Part shown: one piece after another, positions 12,929-25,903 of the stretch | Position numbering within the stretch: position 1 is the stretch's first letter | Layout: every line of letters begins with the position of its first letter | NCBI RefSeq assembly: GCF_035594765.1 | Contig: NC_085841.1 | Location: 227,075,326-227,139,325 of the forward strand | Direction of reading: 5' to 3' | Source: Anolis carolinensis | Taxonomy: Eukaryota | Length of the DNA stretch: 64,000 nucleotides | The notes under the pieces: generated by a model | The model's input: the letters and a program-made list of their open reading frames with translations, nothing else | The model's database searches: none | Told to the model about the DNA's origin: nothing | Translations under genes and position numbers: made by a program

Positions 12929-13135
12929 AAGGTAAAGGTAAAGGTTTTCACCTGACATTAAGTCTAGTTGGGCCTGACTCTGGAGGTTGATGCTCATCTC
13001 CATTTCTAAGCCAAAGAGCCGGCGTTGTCTGTAGACACCTCCAAGGTCATGTGGCCGGCATGACTACATGAAGCATCATTACCTTCCTGCTGGAGTGGTA
13101 CCTATTGATCTACCTAACTCTCTGTGCCACTGGGG
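12929..13135 (-). mobile_element. Sauria SINE, partial
   Basis: AAGGTAAAGGTAAAGG tail and conserved body. Confidence 0.85.
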
Positions 13136-13224
13136 GCTTCCTCTATTCTGGCCTAAAAGCCTGGAAATAACCTTTCACAAAGATGTATTTTTCCCCAATA
13201 ATTTTGGGTATAGCTATGTTGAGT

Positions 13225-13475
13225 TGTTGAGTATCCCTTGTTCAAAATGCTTGGGGCTCAAAGTGTTTGGGATCTGGGACCCCCCCCCCCCCAGATTTTT
13301 GGGATATCTGTATTTGCTTATTCATACATAATGAGATATCTTGGATATAGAACCCAACACTAATCACAAAATTTGTAATATTTTTATACACATTGTCTGA
13401 AGATAATTTATGCACATCTTTAATAATTTTGTGCATGAAACGGGGTTTTTTTACAATGAACCCTCAGAAAGCATT
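13225..13475. mobile_element. Tigger-like MITE fragment
   Basis: GTTGAGTATCCCTT end, as at 38493-38806. Confidence 0.5.
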
Positions 13476-13761
13476 TATTAACATTTTCAAATTTATTCAT
13501 ATTTGAAACAGAAAAAAACAGAATGTTAAAAATATGAACATGGAAACAATATTTGCAGGAGAAGAACACTGAATGATCAACTCTTGAAAGTCTGGCTTTT
13601 TATCCCAGCATATCTAGCCACCTACCCTTCTAATTGTTGCACCATATACATAAGAACGTGGGCTGGTTCTTCTGTGAATGAATAGAATGTAGCCATTTAA
13701 TAGAAAAGAGCTAATGTGGAAGAAAATGTAAACAGAAAATAAATTTTCAGCAAAAATATAA

Positions 13762-14800
13762 TGTTAGGAGACAGGAGTATAAAATAATAAGTGAAATTCT
13801 GGCTCTACTTTCTGAGACTGGGATCCCAAAAAAATGGAGGTTCAGGTAAATGACCTCTAGTTTCACCTATCATCTTCAGAAGCAGAAATATGCCTCCCGA
13901 TTAGCGACACTGCCAACTTCTTTTCCTCATTTCTGCATGGGCTTTTCAGTTTCATCCCTGGACTTAGCACTGAGATTGGAATACAGATTCACTCAGGGAG
14001 CATACCAATCCCATGGGGACACAATTAATTATCCCCAAAGGAAATCCCAAGCCCATCATCCCAGGACTGCAGTTTGTTGTCTCATCAAGGAACTCACCCC
14101 TTCTCATCCCTGATAGCGATCAGCAACCATTGAGCTGAGTAAAAAGGATCTGGCACAGATACAGAAAGACTCAACATTCTACCAATAAAAGGCCTTAAGT
14201 TTCTCACCACACTGTATACCAATCACAAGCTATAAACATGACAATGAATGTACTCTGAACCAATGAAACTGCAGGTTGTCATTTGTACCAATCAAAGCAA
14301 TGTCTATTCTTTTCAAATGTCTATAAAATGTCAATGTCTGTAAACATGAGGCATGTTAGATGTGGGGAATTCCCCTTACATCAGGCCCGTAGCCAGGATT
14401 TTGATTGGGGGGGGGGGGGCTGTGTCTGAGTGAGAGAGGATCTACCCTAGCAAACCTTTTGTATTGTTTTCCCAATACCCCCATGCATATGGGATATATT
14501 GAGCATGGTGATCAGATCATGATATGAATAAACATAACAGTTTAAATAATAAATGTAAGGCCTTCTCACGGACCACCCTGAAGCCCCTCAAGCCCCCCCC
14601 CCCCCCCGGCTACATGCCTGCCTGACATCTTTCCTTAGAGACTTGAAGCAATGAACTTCTAATTCTGCTAAAGTCACAGAACTTCGATGTATTCAAGATT
14701 AGAACTCGGAGAATGTTTACTGATTTTTAGACTATGTCACCAGAGATGATACCTTCATATTCTCCCTCTAAATCTCTGTTGCTGTGTTATTTGTGTGAAA
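13762..14800 (+). mobile_element. Possible old solo LTR
   Basis: TGTT start, several CCAAT boxes (14220, 14260, 14289) then TATAAAA (14322); no TSD or 3' end resolved. Confidence 0.3.
14382..14620. mobile_element. hAT-type MITE
   Basis: TIRs CAGGCCCGTAGCC / GGCTACATGCCTG; subterminal poly-G and poly-C; TSD CCTTACAT / CCTGACAT. Confidence 0.85.
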
Positions 14801-14811
14801 ATGTGTCAAAA

Positions 14812-15414
14812 TATTTATTTATTTACTGACAGTATTCTCACCTTGAAGGAGAACCAGGGCAGATCACAGAACACATATATGACAAACATTCAATGCCGAT
14901 TATACAATGACAAGACAAACAACAGATAGAGCAGTGGTTCTCAACCTGTGAGTCCCCAGGTGTTTTGGCCTACAACTTCCAGAAATCCTAGCCAGTTTAC
15001 CAGCCGTTAGGATTTCTGGGAGTTGAAGGCCAAAACATCTGGGGACCCACAGGTTGAGAACAACTGAGATGGAGGTATTATAAGCTCCCCACATCATCTT
15101 TTTGGCATCTTTGGAGGCTGTGCTCAGTTCCAGCCACTGGGGATACTCTTGCTCCATTTCTTTGTCGAAGAGCTTTCTTTGTTTGTAAACCCTTTTCTCT
15201 TTTTTCTGATTTGAATGCCATGCCTAAAATACCTCATTGCTTTAATGTGGTTCCTATTTATCTATTCACATTGCTGTTTTTGATCTGCTAGGTGGGTAAG
15301 GAGATGAGCTGAACATTAGGAGCTTACCCTGACCTGGCTTTGAACTGTCAACCTTTTGGTTGGCAAGATTTACTGCAGCTGCAGCTGGTGATTAACCTGC
15401 TGTGCTAAAGCCCC
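14812..15414 (-). mobile_element. tRNA-headed SINE with L2-like tail (Anolis SINE2-like), interrupted by a MITE
   Basis: (ATTT)n and L2-like tail at 14812-14870; tRNA-like head at 15330-15414. Confidence 0.55.
14932..15066. mobile_element. Palindromic hAT MITE with SPIN-like TIRs
   Basis: CAGTGGTTCTCAACCTGTG / CACAGGTTGAGAACAACTG; TSD AGATAGAG / AGATGGAG. Confidence 0.85.
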
Positions 15415-15650
15415 CAAAGATGCCAACCTCTGTCTGATTTTGGAAGCTAAGTAGGGTCAGTTTTAGACTGGGAAACCAACAACCAATACCAGGTGCTGGA
15501 GGCTATATCGTGGAGGAAGAATCTGGCAAAACCACCTCTGAGTATTCTTTTCCTAGAAAATCCCTATGAAATCAATAGGGTTGCCATAAGTGAACCTACA
15601 GCTTGAAGCCACACACTCATACACAGACACAGACACAGACACAGACACAA
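15415..15650 (+). mobile_element. 5S rRNA-derived SINE (5S-Sauria-like)
   Basis: GTCTGATTTTGGAAGCTAAGTAGGGTC...AATACCAGGTGCTGGAGGCT is a degenerate 5S rRNA match; (CA)-rich tail; a tail fragment also lies at 32620-32692. Confidence 0.75.
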
Positions 15651-18554
15651 CTTTGAATTATTATTTTTTGCTCTTTTGACTGGATGCAATTTCTTTCCAA
15701 ATCATTAAACACGGTTGCCTTCAAACACCTAATAAATAATCTTCTTTTATCCTGTAGTTCTCTCTCTGATTTTTTTCACCCACAAACTGTGCAAAAATGG
15801 CAAGCTCCACAAAGCAAAGGACAACAAAGAACCTGGAAAATCACAAAGACTAAAATCTGCAAAATGTACCTCATCTGACATTTATATTTGAACACAACAT
15901 GCTCATGATAATATTAACATCAGAAGGAAATGGCCTCACATTAATTGATTATGCTGATGATGTTACTAACAGAAATGCAAATGGACTAAGCCTCTCATGT
16001 GAGACATTTAAGAATTGTGTGTGACTTTTTGTGTCACTTGTCCTTTTCTAGAAACAATGGACCCAATTCAATTGTCATTGTACATAATTGCATGACTTGA
16101 CTAATGACTTCAGGGTAAGATACAAAACCACTTCAGCAGAGGTATTTCAGTTCAGTAATCCCTGGATAAGCTGTGCACCTACTTCATAATCAAAGGTTCA
16201 TAGTTTGACCAATAAAGTAATCACAAGAATTTCAGGAATCATTATAGTTGAGATAAACACTACAGTTGAATAGAATGGGAAGCAAGACACAAACCCATGA
16301 ACCCATGGTTTACTAGATTTGATTCAACAGATTTTATTCTCTGTTTCAAAGCAGTATTGAAATAACATTTGCAACATTTTATAAAAGAAATCTAATAAGA
16401 TCTGAGTCACTACATCAGAATTTGCCAAATTTTCTCAGTGATCCTTCTGATCTTACACAGTCAAAAAATAATCTGAGGTACTGTCAAAAACCGGAGCTTC
16501 ATTGAATAAAAACTATGATCATTTATTTGGATGTTTTGCAATTGTCTGTCAGGGTGTACTCTCCCCCAAATATCTACCCAAATTTTGAATGCTATTTAAA
16601 GCCCCTGCTCCATGTGTCCCTAGAGCTTACTAGTGGTTGCCTACTGACTATAGAATAATTCCTCGCAATAGCACACTGGAGAGGTTTGCCTAGTATGCCC
16701 TTCATCATCTTTTTAGCACCAGTAAAATATCTTTCCATTTACTCAAGATTTGTTTTGGATATTTTTAAGGAAGGGATGTAGACAGTCATTATGGAAAAGA
16801 AATAGCTGTATGTACATAATCATCATGGTAAAGAGGGAGGTATGATGAAAATAAAGACACCCACAGTGACTCTACATCTTGATTAGGAAAATGTTATTTT
16901 GACTTATTTGCTTCTTGTCTGATGCAAAAATTCAGATAACGGAAATTCTAAGGTTTGATATCAAATGCCAGCATTTTACAGAACTACTCAATTGATGCTA
17001 GCTTGTTTTAATGTGTTCCAGGACACATTTTGAGGGTAGTGCACTTCCATCTGTTTTTCGCAAGTTTACAGTAGTGCATTAAAAATGTTCTAGGAACACG
17101 AAACTTCACAGGCGCCAGTCCCACCTCCGTTCTTTTGCGTGCTTTGGGTGTACTAGACAGGGCACCATTTAAGGATCTTATAAATGCACTTTGTAGTATT
17201 TCCAGCTGTTTGGGTCCTGCCAGTTTCCAGCTATCAGCTACATAAGATATTTGAGAAGAGCTTTCTTTTTTCACCTCTAAAAGTACTCAACGAAATGAGA
17301 GAATCAAGGCTCCTCCCAAGACACATCATCAATTTTCAAAATAATCATTTTTACCATGAAGGAGATGGCCCCTTCTCAATGAAACAAGATCAAGGTACTG
17401 GGTTTTGAGGTTATGTGTCATAGCACCTGCATTTTTCAAGACTCTTGCCTCTCATCTTTTTAATAGTGAGTGAAGCATGGATCCTCCCAACCCCAGCAAA
17501 TTACTCATGTGAAATTGCTTACATATATCTATTCAGGAAGCACTATGTTTTCAGAAAACTTTAAAAGTTCACTTGAGAAGAACCATACTGCATTTGTTGA
17601 GCAACAGGCTTATGTATTTTGGGGTGAATCGCTATCTGTTTCTGCTTGCCAGATACCGAAAGCACCCATATCTGTTTTCCAGTGCCTCCCAAAAATGGGT
17701 GTGTTGCTGAATGGGCGTTTTCATTTATCATGTGAAAAAATGACTCTTTTCAGCCCACTGGTGACAATGGGGAGATTACGAGGCTCCCCTTTCCCCTGGG
17801 AGCCTTTCCCTTCTTCCCTTCAAGGGAGCCTGTGTGTCAGCAGTGGGGTGAAGAAAGCACCCTATCCAGTCCATTTATTGGGGGGGGGGGGATTTCCCAC
17901 AGGCTCTCCTTCCATATCCTTCATTAAGACCTGGATTTAAAAAAACATCAGATTTACCACTCTTAAGTTTCTGGATCCTTCCCCTTCTGTTTGTAGAGGA
18001 GACTGGGTTTACTTATTCTTAAATCTGCTTTACTCTAGAAGAGGGCAAGCGCAAACACTTTCTTCTTTCCCAGCACTAGCAGCTTTCCAAGGCATTTTAA
18101 GGAGGCCCAGGGAAGAAAGAGCGATGACCTGGAGCTCAGTTGAGCTATCCTCCCTGGACTACCTTAAAAATCCCCTCCAATCTCCTTTCTGCTTGGGATT
18201 TTGCTTCCTTAAAGTTGTTTCTACTTTCTACTCTAGAGTAGAGGTAGGCTTCTCTTTTTGGTTGCTGGAATTACTATTATTAATAATAATATTTTAGAAG
18301 TATTTCCTGAAGGAGAGGAAGGGAAGGAGAAAAAGAAGGTAAAAGGGCGAAAGCCTCCAAACACAAATGCGTGCACCCCACCCACCGTCCCTCAGATCCC
18401 CAACTCCCAGTCAGTCCCACTAAATAAAAAGAATCAGGAAAATAAAGGAAAATCAAAAAGATTCAACTGTAATGCCAAATAGTGGAGGAGGATCTGAGAT
18501 TTCCTCCCAGTTGCTTTCGTGTCAGGCAGGTTTTTGTACTGGGAGGACCCTTAC

Positions 18555-18584
18555 CGTTATGGGCTCCTGAAGTACCAAAGGAAA
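18555..18584 (-). CDS. Candidate 30-nt internal microexon of an unidentified host gene
   Basis: Minus strand: tattttgtttcttctgtttcctcag|TTTCCTTTGGTACTTCAGGAGCCCATAACG|gtaagg; branch-point-like CTCAAT upstream; length divisible by 3. Confidence 0.4.
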
Positions 18585-19074
18585 CTGAGGAAACAGAAGA
18601 AACAAAATATATGCACATATCTATTGAGCAGTGCTTTGCTACTTCCTGGGTTTGAATCCCAGCATCTTCAAACTCATGTGGAAAATGTTACCATTTAAAT
18701 GCCTGGGAAGCCATTTCTTGCCACCATAGACAGGACTGAACTAATTTAATCTGTGAGTTGGCAGAAGGTGTCTCCCTTTGTTCTATTAGTCGTCTCCAGA
18801 CATTCTAACTGTCTCTGCTAGGGATGCATATGCATTTCATTTTTTCAGTTTTTTTGTTAATAATGTTTCAAAATCCACATATTTCTTAAAAATAATAAAT
18901 TTGGATATGAAAAAAGCATGGAAGTAGAATTGACAAATGTCTTGATTTCTTTCTTTCTTTCTTTCTTTCTGATCAACTCTTTCCAGGATGATAAGGAGCC
19001 ACTCTTTGGATTCAGTCTATCAACCAGGTATTGATAAACCAGGTACAAAGTTATCTAACACACATTGTCTACGA

Positions 19075-19210
19075 CAGTAATTCCCAAATTCTGGTCTTCT
19101 GGATATTTTGGACTTCAAGTGCCAGCAACCTAAATCAGTTTGGCCAATGGTCAGTGATTCTGGGAGATGAAGTCCAAAACATCTGGAGGACCAGAGTATG
19201 GGAATCATTG
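19075..19210. mobile_element. Palindromic hAT (Charlie-like) MITE
   Basis: CAGTAATTCCCA / TGGGAATCATTG; TSD GTCTACGA / GTCTACAA. Confidence 0.8.
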
Positions 19211-19328
19211 GTCTACAAGAATACCATTGGGGATATAGAGACTGCTGCATAAATCCTTTTGTTCATTTTGGATAAGAATTTACCAATATTTGCAAATGCT
19301 GAATGGAAGGGAAAGGTTTACAGAAATT

Positions 19329-19660
19329 ATGGTTGTTATGTGCCTTCAAGTCACTTCCAACCTGAGGCAACTCTATGATGGTTTTTGTGGGAAAATTGAT
19401 TCAGAGGGAATTTGTCATTGCCTTTCTCTGAGGCTAAGAAAAAATGACGTGCCTAAAGTCATCCAATGGGTTTCCATGGGAGACCAGGGATTTGAACTTT
19501 GATCTCTCAGCCTCAGAGGAAGGCAATGGCAAACCTCTCCTGAACAAATCTTGCCAAGAAAATCCTGTGAAAGGTTCACCTTAGGGTTACCATAGGTTAG
19601 AAATGACTTGAAGGCACACCACAACCACAATTTCTGGAGTCCTAGTCCAATCTTCAAACA
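19329..19660. mobile_element. Two copies of one SINE family nested in opposite orientation
   Basis: 19329-19440 is the reverse complement of 19505-19630; the head of the minus copy resumes at 19633. Confidence 0.7.
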
Positions 19661-22600
19661 ATGTTGGATCTCTCTTTAAAAATAATAGAAAGCAGTAAAT
19701 GCAAAACTGACATTCTTTCATTCTCAATTTTGATCACCAGAGCTTTCTCTGTGGTATCTGTCTCACAGTGAGTGACTGTCTTAGCCCACCGAAAAGAAAA
19801 TACCTGGTCTGTATAGTACACATTGCTGACCAGTGTGGTGGTCTTCAGATAATAGCAGCCATTATACATTTCGATCCATGATATATAGTTCCTATGTGTG
19901 TATTCCATTTCTTTAGGCACCTTTTAGGTCTTATATTTGACATTCACACCAGATTGCAGTATACCTGAGTTACTTCACTGAACAAGAAGTGGCCTAGTTA
20001 TTTTTTATTTTTGGCTTTGTCTTAACTCATTCTTTCAGTAGAAGCAATTTAATCTGAAACAACACCTCCCCCTGTGGGAAGCAGCTTTTCTAATTTCCAA
20101 AATGAATAACATACAGGGGTGGGGAAGGAAATTGCAAAGTGGGCTGGAAAGCACTTCAGAACATTTAAGTTTTCTGACACATGTCCACAGTCACCAGAAT
20201 AATGTGCACGATTTCAAGGAGTTTGTGCAAAGGTTGTTTGAAGGCCCCTTATTTAATTTGTCGGCTCTTATTACAAGGAGGTTCCACAATTTATAGTGCT
20301 ATTCCAACACTTTCATGTGATGTGTTTTGTCCTTTCCCACCAATATCAAACTTCAAAGGCTATAGAGTGCTTTAGATGAAACACAACTTAATGATTTTAT
20401 CTCATAATGGATTCTGGGAATCTTTCCTATCTGATGCTGTTAAATATGACAAATGAAATGAGAGTTTGTATTCCCAGCTGTAATGATTTAACATATGCTA
20501 CCGAACAGCAAAACACTCCTCCACTCAGGTCATTGCAGGGTATGGACTCACAAGAGTGGAGTGGGACTCCTGAGGGCCAAAGGACATGTGGAGTGAGGAC
20601 ATAAAAGATAGAAGAAGATTCCACAGAAAAGGAAAAGGGGAGACACTTGCTTTCCAGCAGCAGAAATGTATCTTTGCTTGAGCCAAAATGTCACTGTTGA
20701 GCACAACTACAGCTTCTCTTCCCTTTGATTCCTTGAGAAGACCTTTGAGGAATAACACATGCCAATAAGCATGTCACTATAAAAAATAACTTCTTTAAAA
20801 CTTAACAGTAAGATTGGTGGAAAGCTGCAAGAGATAAGGATGGCGCATTTAACTCCATCCTCCCCACCCAAAATTCTGATGAAAATTGCCTCTCCCATCT
20901 TACTATAAGCTTGTGATGGGAGTAGGGAATCTCCCATCATTGCCAGTTGTGAGTTGCTATAATATCAAGTTATATGTGCATTAAAAGCTGTTTCTATAAT
21001 TAGGCAAAGTGATAGCTAGGTGGAGGGCTCAGGCAACTTCTGCTCAGGGCTAGGAAGATAACGTTATGGTCAAAACTCAATAATTTTGCTCCCTTAGAAT
21101 AAAGAGTAATTTCAAACAGCCTACCTTGTAATTCCATCCGTTACTGCTGTTGTATCACCAATATTGAAATAAGTTTCTGGTGCCATTCAGATTAGCTTCT
21201 CTAGGTGGAATGACTGGAGTGTCATGTCCTTCACTTTAGACAATGAATTGTGTGTTAGCTTCCCCACAGTGGTTGATGTCAGTGGGATGGTGAATCCATT
21301 CTAGAGATTAATCTGAAGCTGAAAAGAAGTATTATGGGTGCTGAGTCATACAGCCCCAATAGGTTCAGCAACATGGATTACTTCTTTCAAGTTCAGGGTA
21401 AAAAAAGAAGAAGCTGAAATCACTGTCCAACTGATATGGAAGCCACCAATGGCTACTGGCTAGCCCTGAGTAGATATTTATTTTAGAGTTGCTAGGAACG
21501 GAAATTGGTTGTGTAAAGGAGGAAAATTCATCAGGTGTTGCTTGTGTGACAAGCAGCATCAGATGAAATCCCCTCTTTTAAAGAATGATCTAAGGAACAA
21601 GAGCCCAATTCTTTATTTCACCAGGCAACCCATGTCTCTCTGTGTATGAGTGTTTACACATGCACAAGGAGGCATGATGTGTGTATTGTTGATCAAGAAC
21701 ACAGCTATTCTATAGATATAATGAAACTTGTGCTTTATGTCTGATATATTTCAGAATGATACGGTTAGCATCTCATCTACCTTGCCCGTGCCTCTTAGAT
21801 GCCTTCTTCTAATCTTCTCTAGCACCAATGTTGGAACTGCTCTCCAAGGCACAATTCTCTATGCATGTTGATCATCATACTATGTTGAGGACATCAGAAC
21901 TTAAAATGAATGTTGATGGAGGCCCAGTCTGAAAAAGGTCAAAAGAACACTGTCATCACTGGCAGTAGGAACTGGATGGATTTGTTCCCACTACAGTCAA
22001 AAGCCTGGTGCTCTTTCAGTTGACATTTGAGAATCTGAGTCTGATACTAAGATCTGTTGTTATTCTCTTGACAAGTTATATTTACATATTTTAGGGAATT
22101 TCAGATTATTGCTTTATTTTCTCCTCTTCTTCATTAAAGGTCATTGAATGTTGTGGGTGTCTAGAAAATAATGCACTAATTGTGAATGGCTATGGAAATA
22201 CAGTTAAGCAGCTGTCTTGAGACACCCAGTACTGCTTTCAATGTATTGCTTTTGAAGTTAGGGAGTGGGAATGTATAGAAAATAACAGTAAAGCAATGTT
22301 TTTATCTTCTCAAATTATGTTGCTTAAAACAATTGAATGGTTTGGGGACATGGTAGTACTCTGCAGATTCAAAGTGGTGGAGTCTGGAACAACACATTTC
22401 CGAAAAAAGGAATAGTGTGACATGATGAAGTCATTTATTACTGAGCAGCTATGGGATGGTATTATAGGAGATAAGTTTCTTTGTGTAGATCCAAGCAATG
22501 TTAGTTTCTTTCAGAAAAGATAAACCAAGACACAGGGACCAATAAAAATGATAACAAACATCCTTCTCTGGGAAGCATTTTAGCCATGCTTAGAAGTAGC

Positions 22601-22808
22601 CCGCCTAAGATGATAAAATTTAATGAAAACTGATACCGATAATCTTATTCAAAACCCATTACCTCCAGTGGGTTATAGGCTTGTCATTTCAGATACAACA
22701 TATGCCAGATGACCCATGTTCTGTCCCTCAAATTTCAAGGAAGTACTGGGAAAGATGCATATTTCAAACTTGGGGAGACTTCTACCAGTCACTATAGGCA
22801 AGGGGAGT

Positions 22809-23647
22809 GAGAAGTCAGATCTGACCATGGTGGTCCATGCCTTAGTTACCTCTAGACTGGATTATTGCAATGTGCTCTACATGGGGCTGCCTTTGAAGAC
22901 GGCCCGGAAATTACAATTCGTACAACGCTCGGCAGCCAGGTTTCTAACTGGAGCAAAATACAGGGCGCGTTCAACGCCACTGTTTAAGGAGCTCCATTGG
23001 CTGCCGTTTATCTTCCGAGCCCAATTCAAGGTGCAGGTCATTACCTACAAAGCCCTAAACGGTTCGGGACCCACCTACCTTCGAGACCTCATTTCCCCCT
23101 ATGAACCCGCACGATCTTTTCGCTCGTTGGGGGAGGCCCTCCTCTCACTTCCACCACCCTCACAGTCGTGGTTGGTGGGGACGAGGGAGAGGGCCTTCTC
23201 TGTCGTGGCCCCCCGGCTTTGGAACTCGCTCCCCAGGGAGATCAGGCAGGCCCCTACCCTACTCTCCTTTCGGAGGAGCCTGAAAACCTGGCTCTTCCAG
23301 AAGGCCTTTGATGACTGATCCCTGTGGGATTGACCTGTTTGCCTACTCAGTATTAGACCCTCAGGTATGCCTTCCCCAGTATTATAATTGCACTTTAATT
23401 GACTATGACACCTGGGTAATCTCCCCTCCCTGTTGACATTGACATATTTGCACCTTGACCCAGATTATTGGGATTTTAAGATTTTATTTTGTATGTGACT
23501 TTTATGACTGTTTTATTGTTTGATGTTTTATTGTTGATTGATCTGTTTTTACTGTTTGTTTTTGTTTTTATATTGTTGTTCCGGGTTTGGCCCCATGTAA
23601 GCCGCCCCGAGTCCCTTTGGGGAGATGGGGCGGGGTATAAGAGTAAA

Positions 23648-23695
<48 letters not shown>

Positions 23696-23710
23696 GTTAT
23701 TATTATTATT
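22809..23710 (+). mobile_element. 5'-truncated L2 LINE (young)
   Basis: Open RT C-terminal frame to 23318 (HALVTSRLDYCN, LHWLP, RAFSVVAPRLWNSLP, LKTWLF); CpGs retained; 3' UTR with GTAAGCCGCCCCGAGTCCC stem-loop and (ATT)n tail. Confidence 0.92.
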
Positions 23711-25903
23711 AGTCAAAAACCTGTGTTGTTTTTGTCCCATTTTCGTCTGCTTCCTGTTCCATTTACCAGAAAATTCCTGAAATCGGGAGAGGGAAAATAC
23801 CATTTTGTGATCCATCCGCCAGAAGTTCCATTTACATATTGCGAAGATTTGGCCCATTGGAAACAAAGGAGGAATTTGTGAGGCTCCTCTTTCAATAATT
23901 TTTATGGCTATCAGGAAGGAAATGGCCACACTTGGAGAACACATTTATGACTGCAAATCTCCCAACTTTCAGAATGTTTGGGTCATGCACTGTTTTGTAG
24001 GATTTTTTAAAATTTTCTACAAATAAAGGAGGAAGGTTTCTGGACTGATGCAGGAGTACACACAAGCTGGAATGTAGGACTGGTGAGGGAATAGCAGAAA
24101 GTCAAAGAGATGAACTAGAAGAAAGGGCTTTTATGTAATTTGAAAAAAAATTGGGGAGGGGAAGGCAGTTCAGAGTACAGAAGCCAGAAAGTAATGCCGG
24201 GGAGGGATTCAAATTGAAATAATATTCTCCCAGTGAGTACTCCAGGGAGTTAGGCTATTTCCTAAACATATCCCACACTCAGTCAAGTTAATGCAAAAAA
24301 AAGGTAGAACTAAAAAATATTTAAACACACACAAAAGCCCTTTTGAACTCACAACCCCTCCCAATGCCTGCCCACTCACCCACTCCTCTCTAGCAAAATT
24401 AGTAAAATAAAAGAAGGACTATGAGAAAGTTGTTAACTAAGAAATTTTAATGCAGAAGAAAAAAAGTGATCCCCTATGCACTAGAAGCAGCAATGGCACT
24501 GAGATATAGAACATGGAGCTAGCTAGCACATGATCTCTCTCTCTCCTTCTGAAATGTCATGATGCCACAGAAAAATGGCAGAGCTCATCCTGATATATAT
24601 ACATCAGCTTTGCAAAAAGACATGTGATCCTCTTTCTTCTTCTGAATGGGTCTGGCAAGGCTAATGTGAAAAACCCACGTTCACGGATGCTCTTATCATG
24701 TGGCAGCCAGAAGCAGCCAAAGATCAGCCGTCATGTGCTCCATTACTACTGGGGCTCCTGGCCTTGTACGTTTTGGGGGAGGGGACGGCTACTGGATCAC
24801 CAGAATTCCCTGAACCAGGCATCACAAAATGAAATCATGCACACCCCTACTGCAGGCACTGGCAGCACTGAACTAGATTAACCAATGATATGACTCAGTA
24901 TAAGGCAATTTCCTTTATTCTTCTTGTAAGTGAGTATCCTATGTAATCTCCTGATGCAAGCATCTTCTTTATTAAAAGAGTATTGACAATTTCAGTTGCT
25001 TCCCTTTGTACATCCTCCTTTAGTCTGCCTTTATGGGTTATATAATATCCCAAACTTGGCTGCTGCTACTACATCCTCTCCTGCCTATAAGCACTGCATT
25101 TGTTAATTTCAGGTAGCCCATACCTGTTGCGAGTTGGATCATTCCAGATACTTGAAACTTCCTGACACAATTCTGATCAGAAATATATAGAATATATGTC
25201 TTTGTTTATGAAGATATCTGGTGGTGTGTGTGTTTTTTCCAGAATTTTCTTCCATATCCTGTAGCTCTCTGCCTGCAAATTTGTTAGGGTTGGAAGTTAT
25301 TATCATTTCTTTGCCTTTTCACCACCACTGCTGCTGCAATGTTTCCAGTTCACAGGATGTTCCTCCCAAAAAGAAATTGTGTCAAAGCTCAAATTTCTGC
25401 TGATTACTCTACTTGCAGCAAGAACCAAATAGAACACATAACAACCAAATGGAAAACATTGTAAAATGATCACAGCACACCCACTTGACCCACCTTAAAA
25501 TAAAAAAAAATCATGCCCAACTATCCTCTTGTGGAAAAACAAGTCTGTCATTTGTGAGCAAATAACTTACAAATCCTGGGATTTCCATTGTGAGTTCAGA
25601 AATCTGTCTTTTACACACCCAGCCCAGGAAGTCTTTAAACATAAAATGAGGCTGTAAATGTACATTGCCCAGAGTGTGGTCAATGAATCAGCAGTGCTAC
25701 AAAAGTTCAGGGTGAAATGTCAGGTGCTATTTCAGCAGCCTATCTTTCATAACCCTTAAGGCATCCCTCTGTGAAAGTTACTAGAACTTACTAAAAAAAG
25801 TCAAGTAGCAAGTACAAAACCGTATTGCTCCTTAGGAGAAAAAATGATCACAGAACCAATTCTCTGTGAGGTGATAGTCTCCCTAGCTACAGATTGCTTA
25901 ATG

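Noticed and set aside
15415-15505. 5S rRNA gene
   Set aside because: Heavily diverged, internally deleted and fused to a SINE body
21131-21192. Minus-strand ATG frame MAPETYFNIGDTTAVTDGIT ending at AAG|GTAGGC
   Set aside because: Short, unrecognised peptide with no promoter or acceptor support
22716-22808. N-terminal part of the 200-aa ORF
   Set aside because: A chance open frame in flanking DNA upstream of the L2 truncation point
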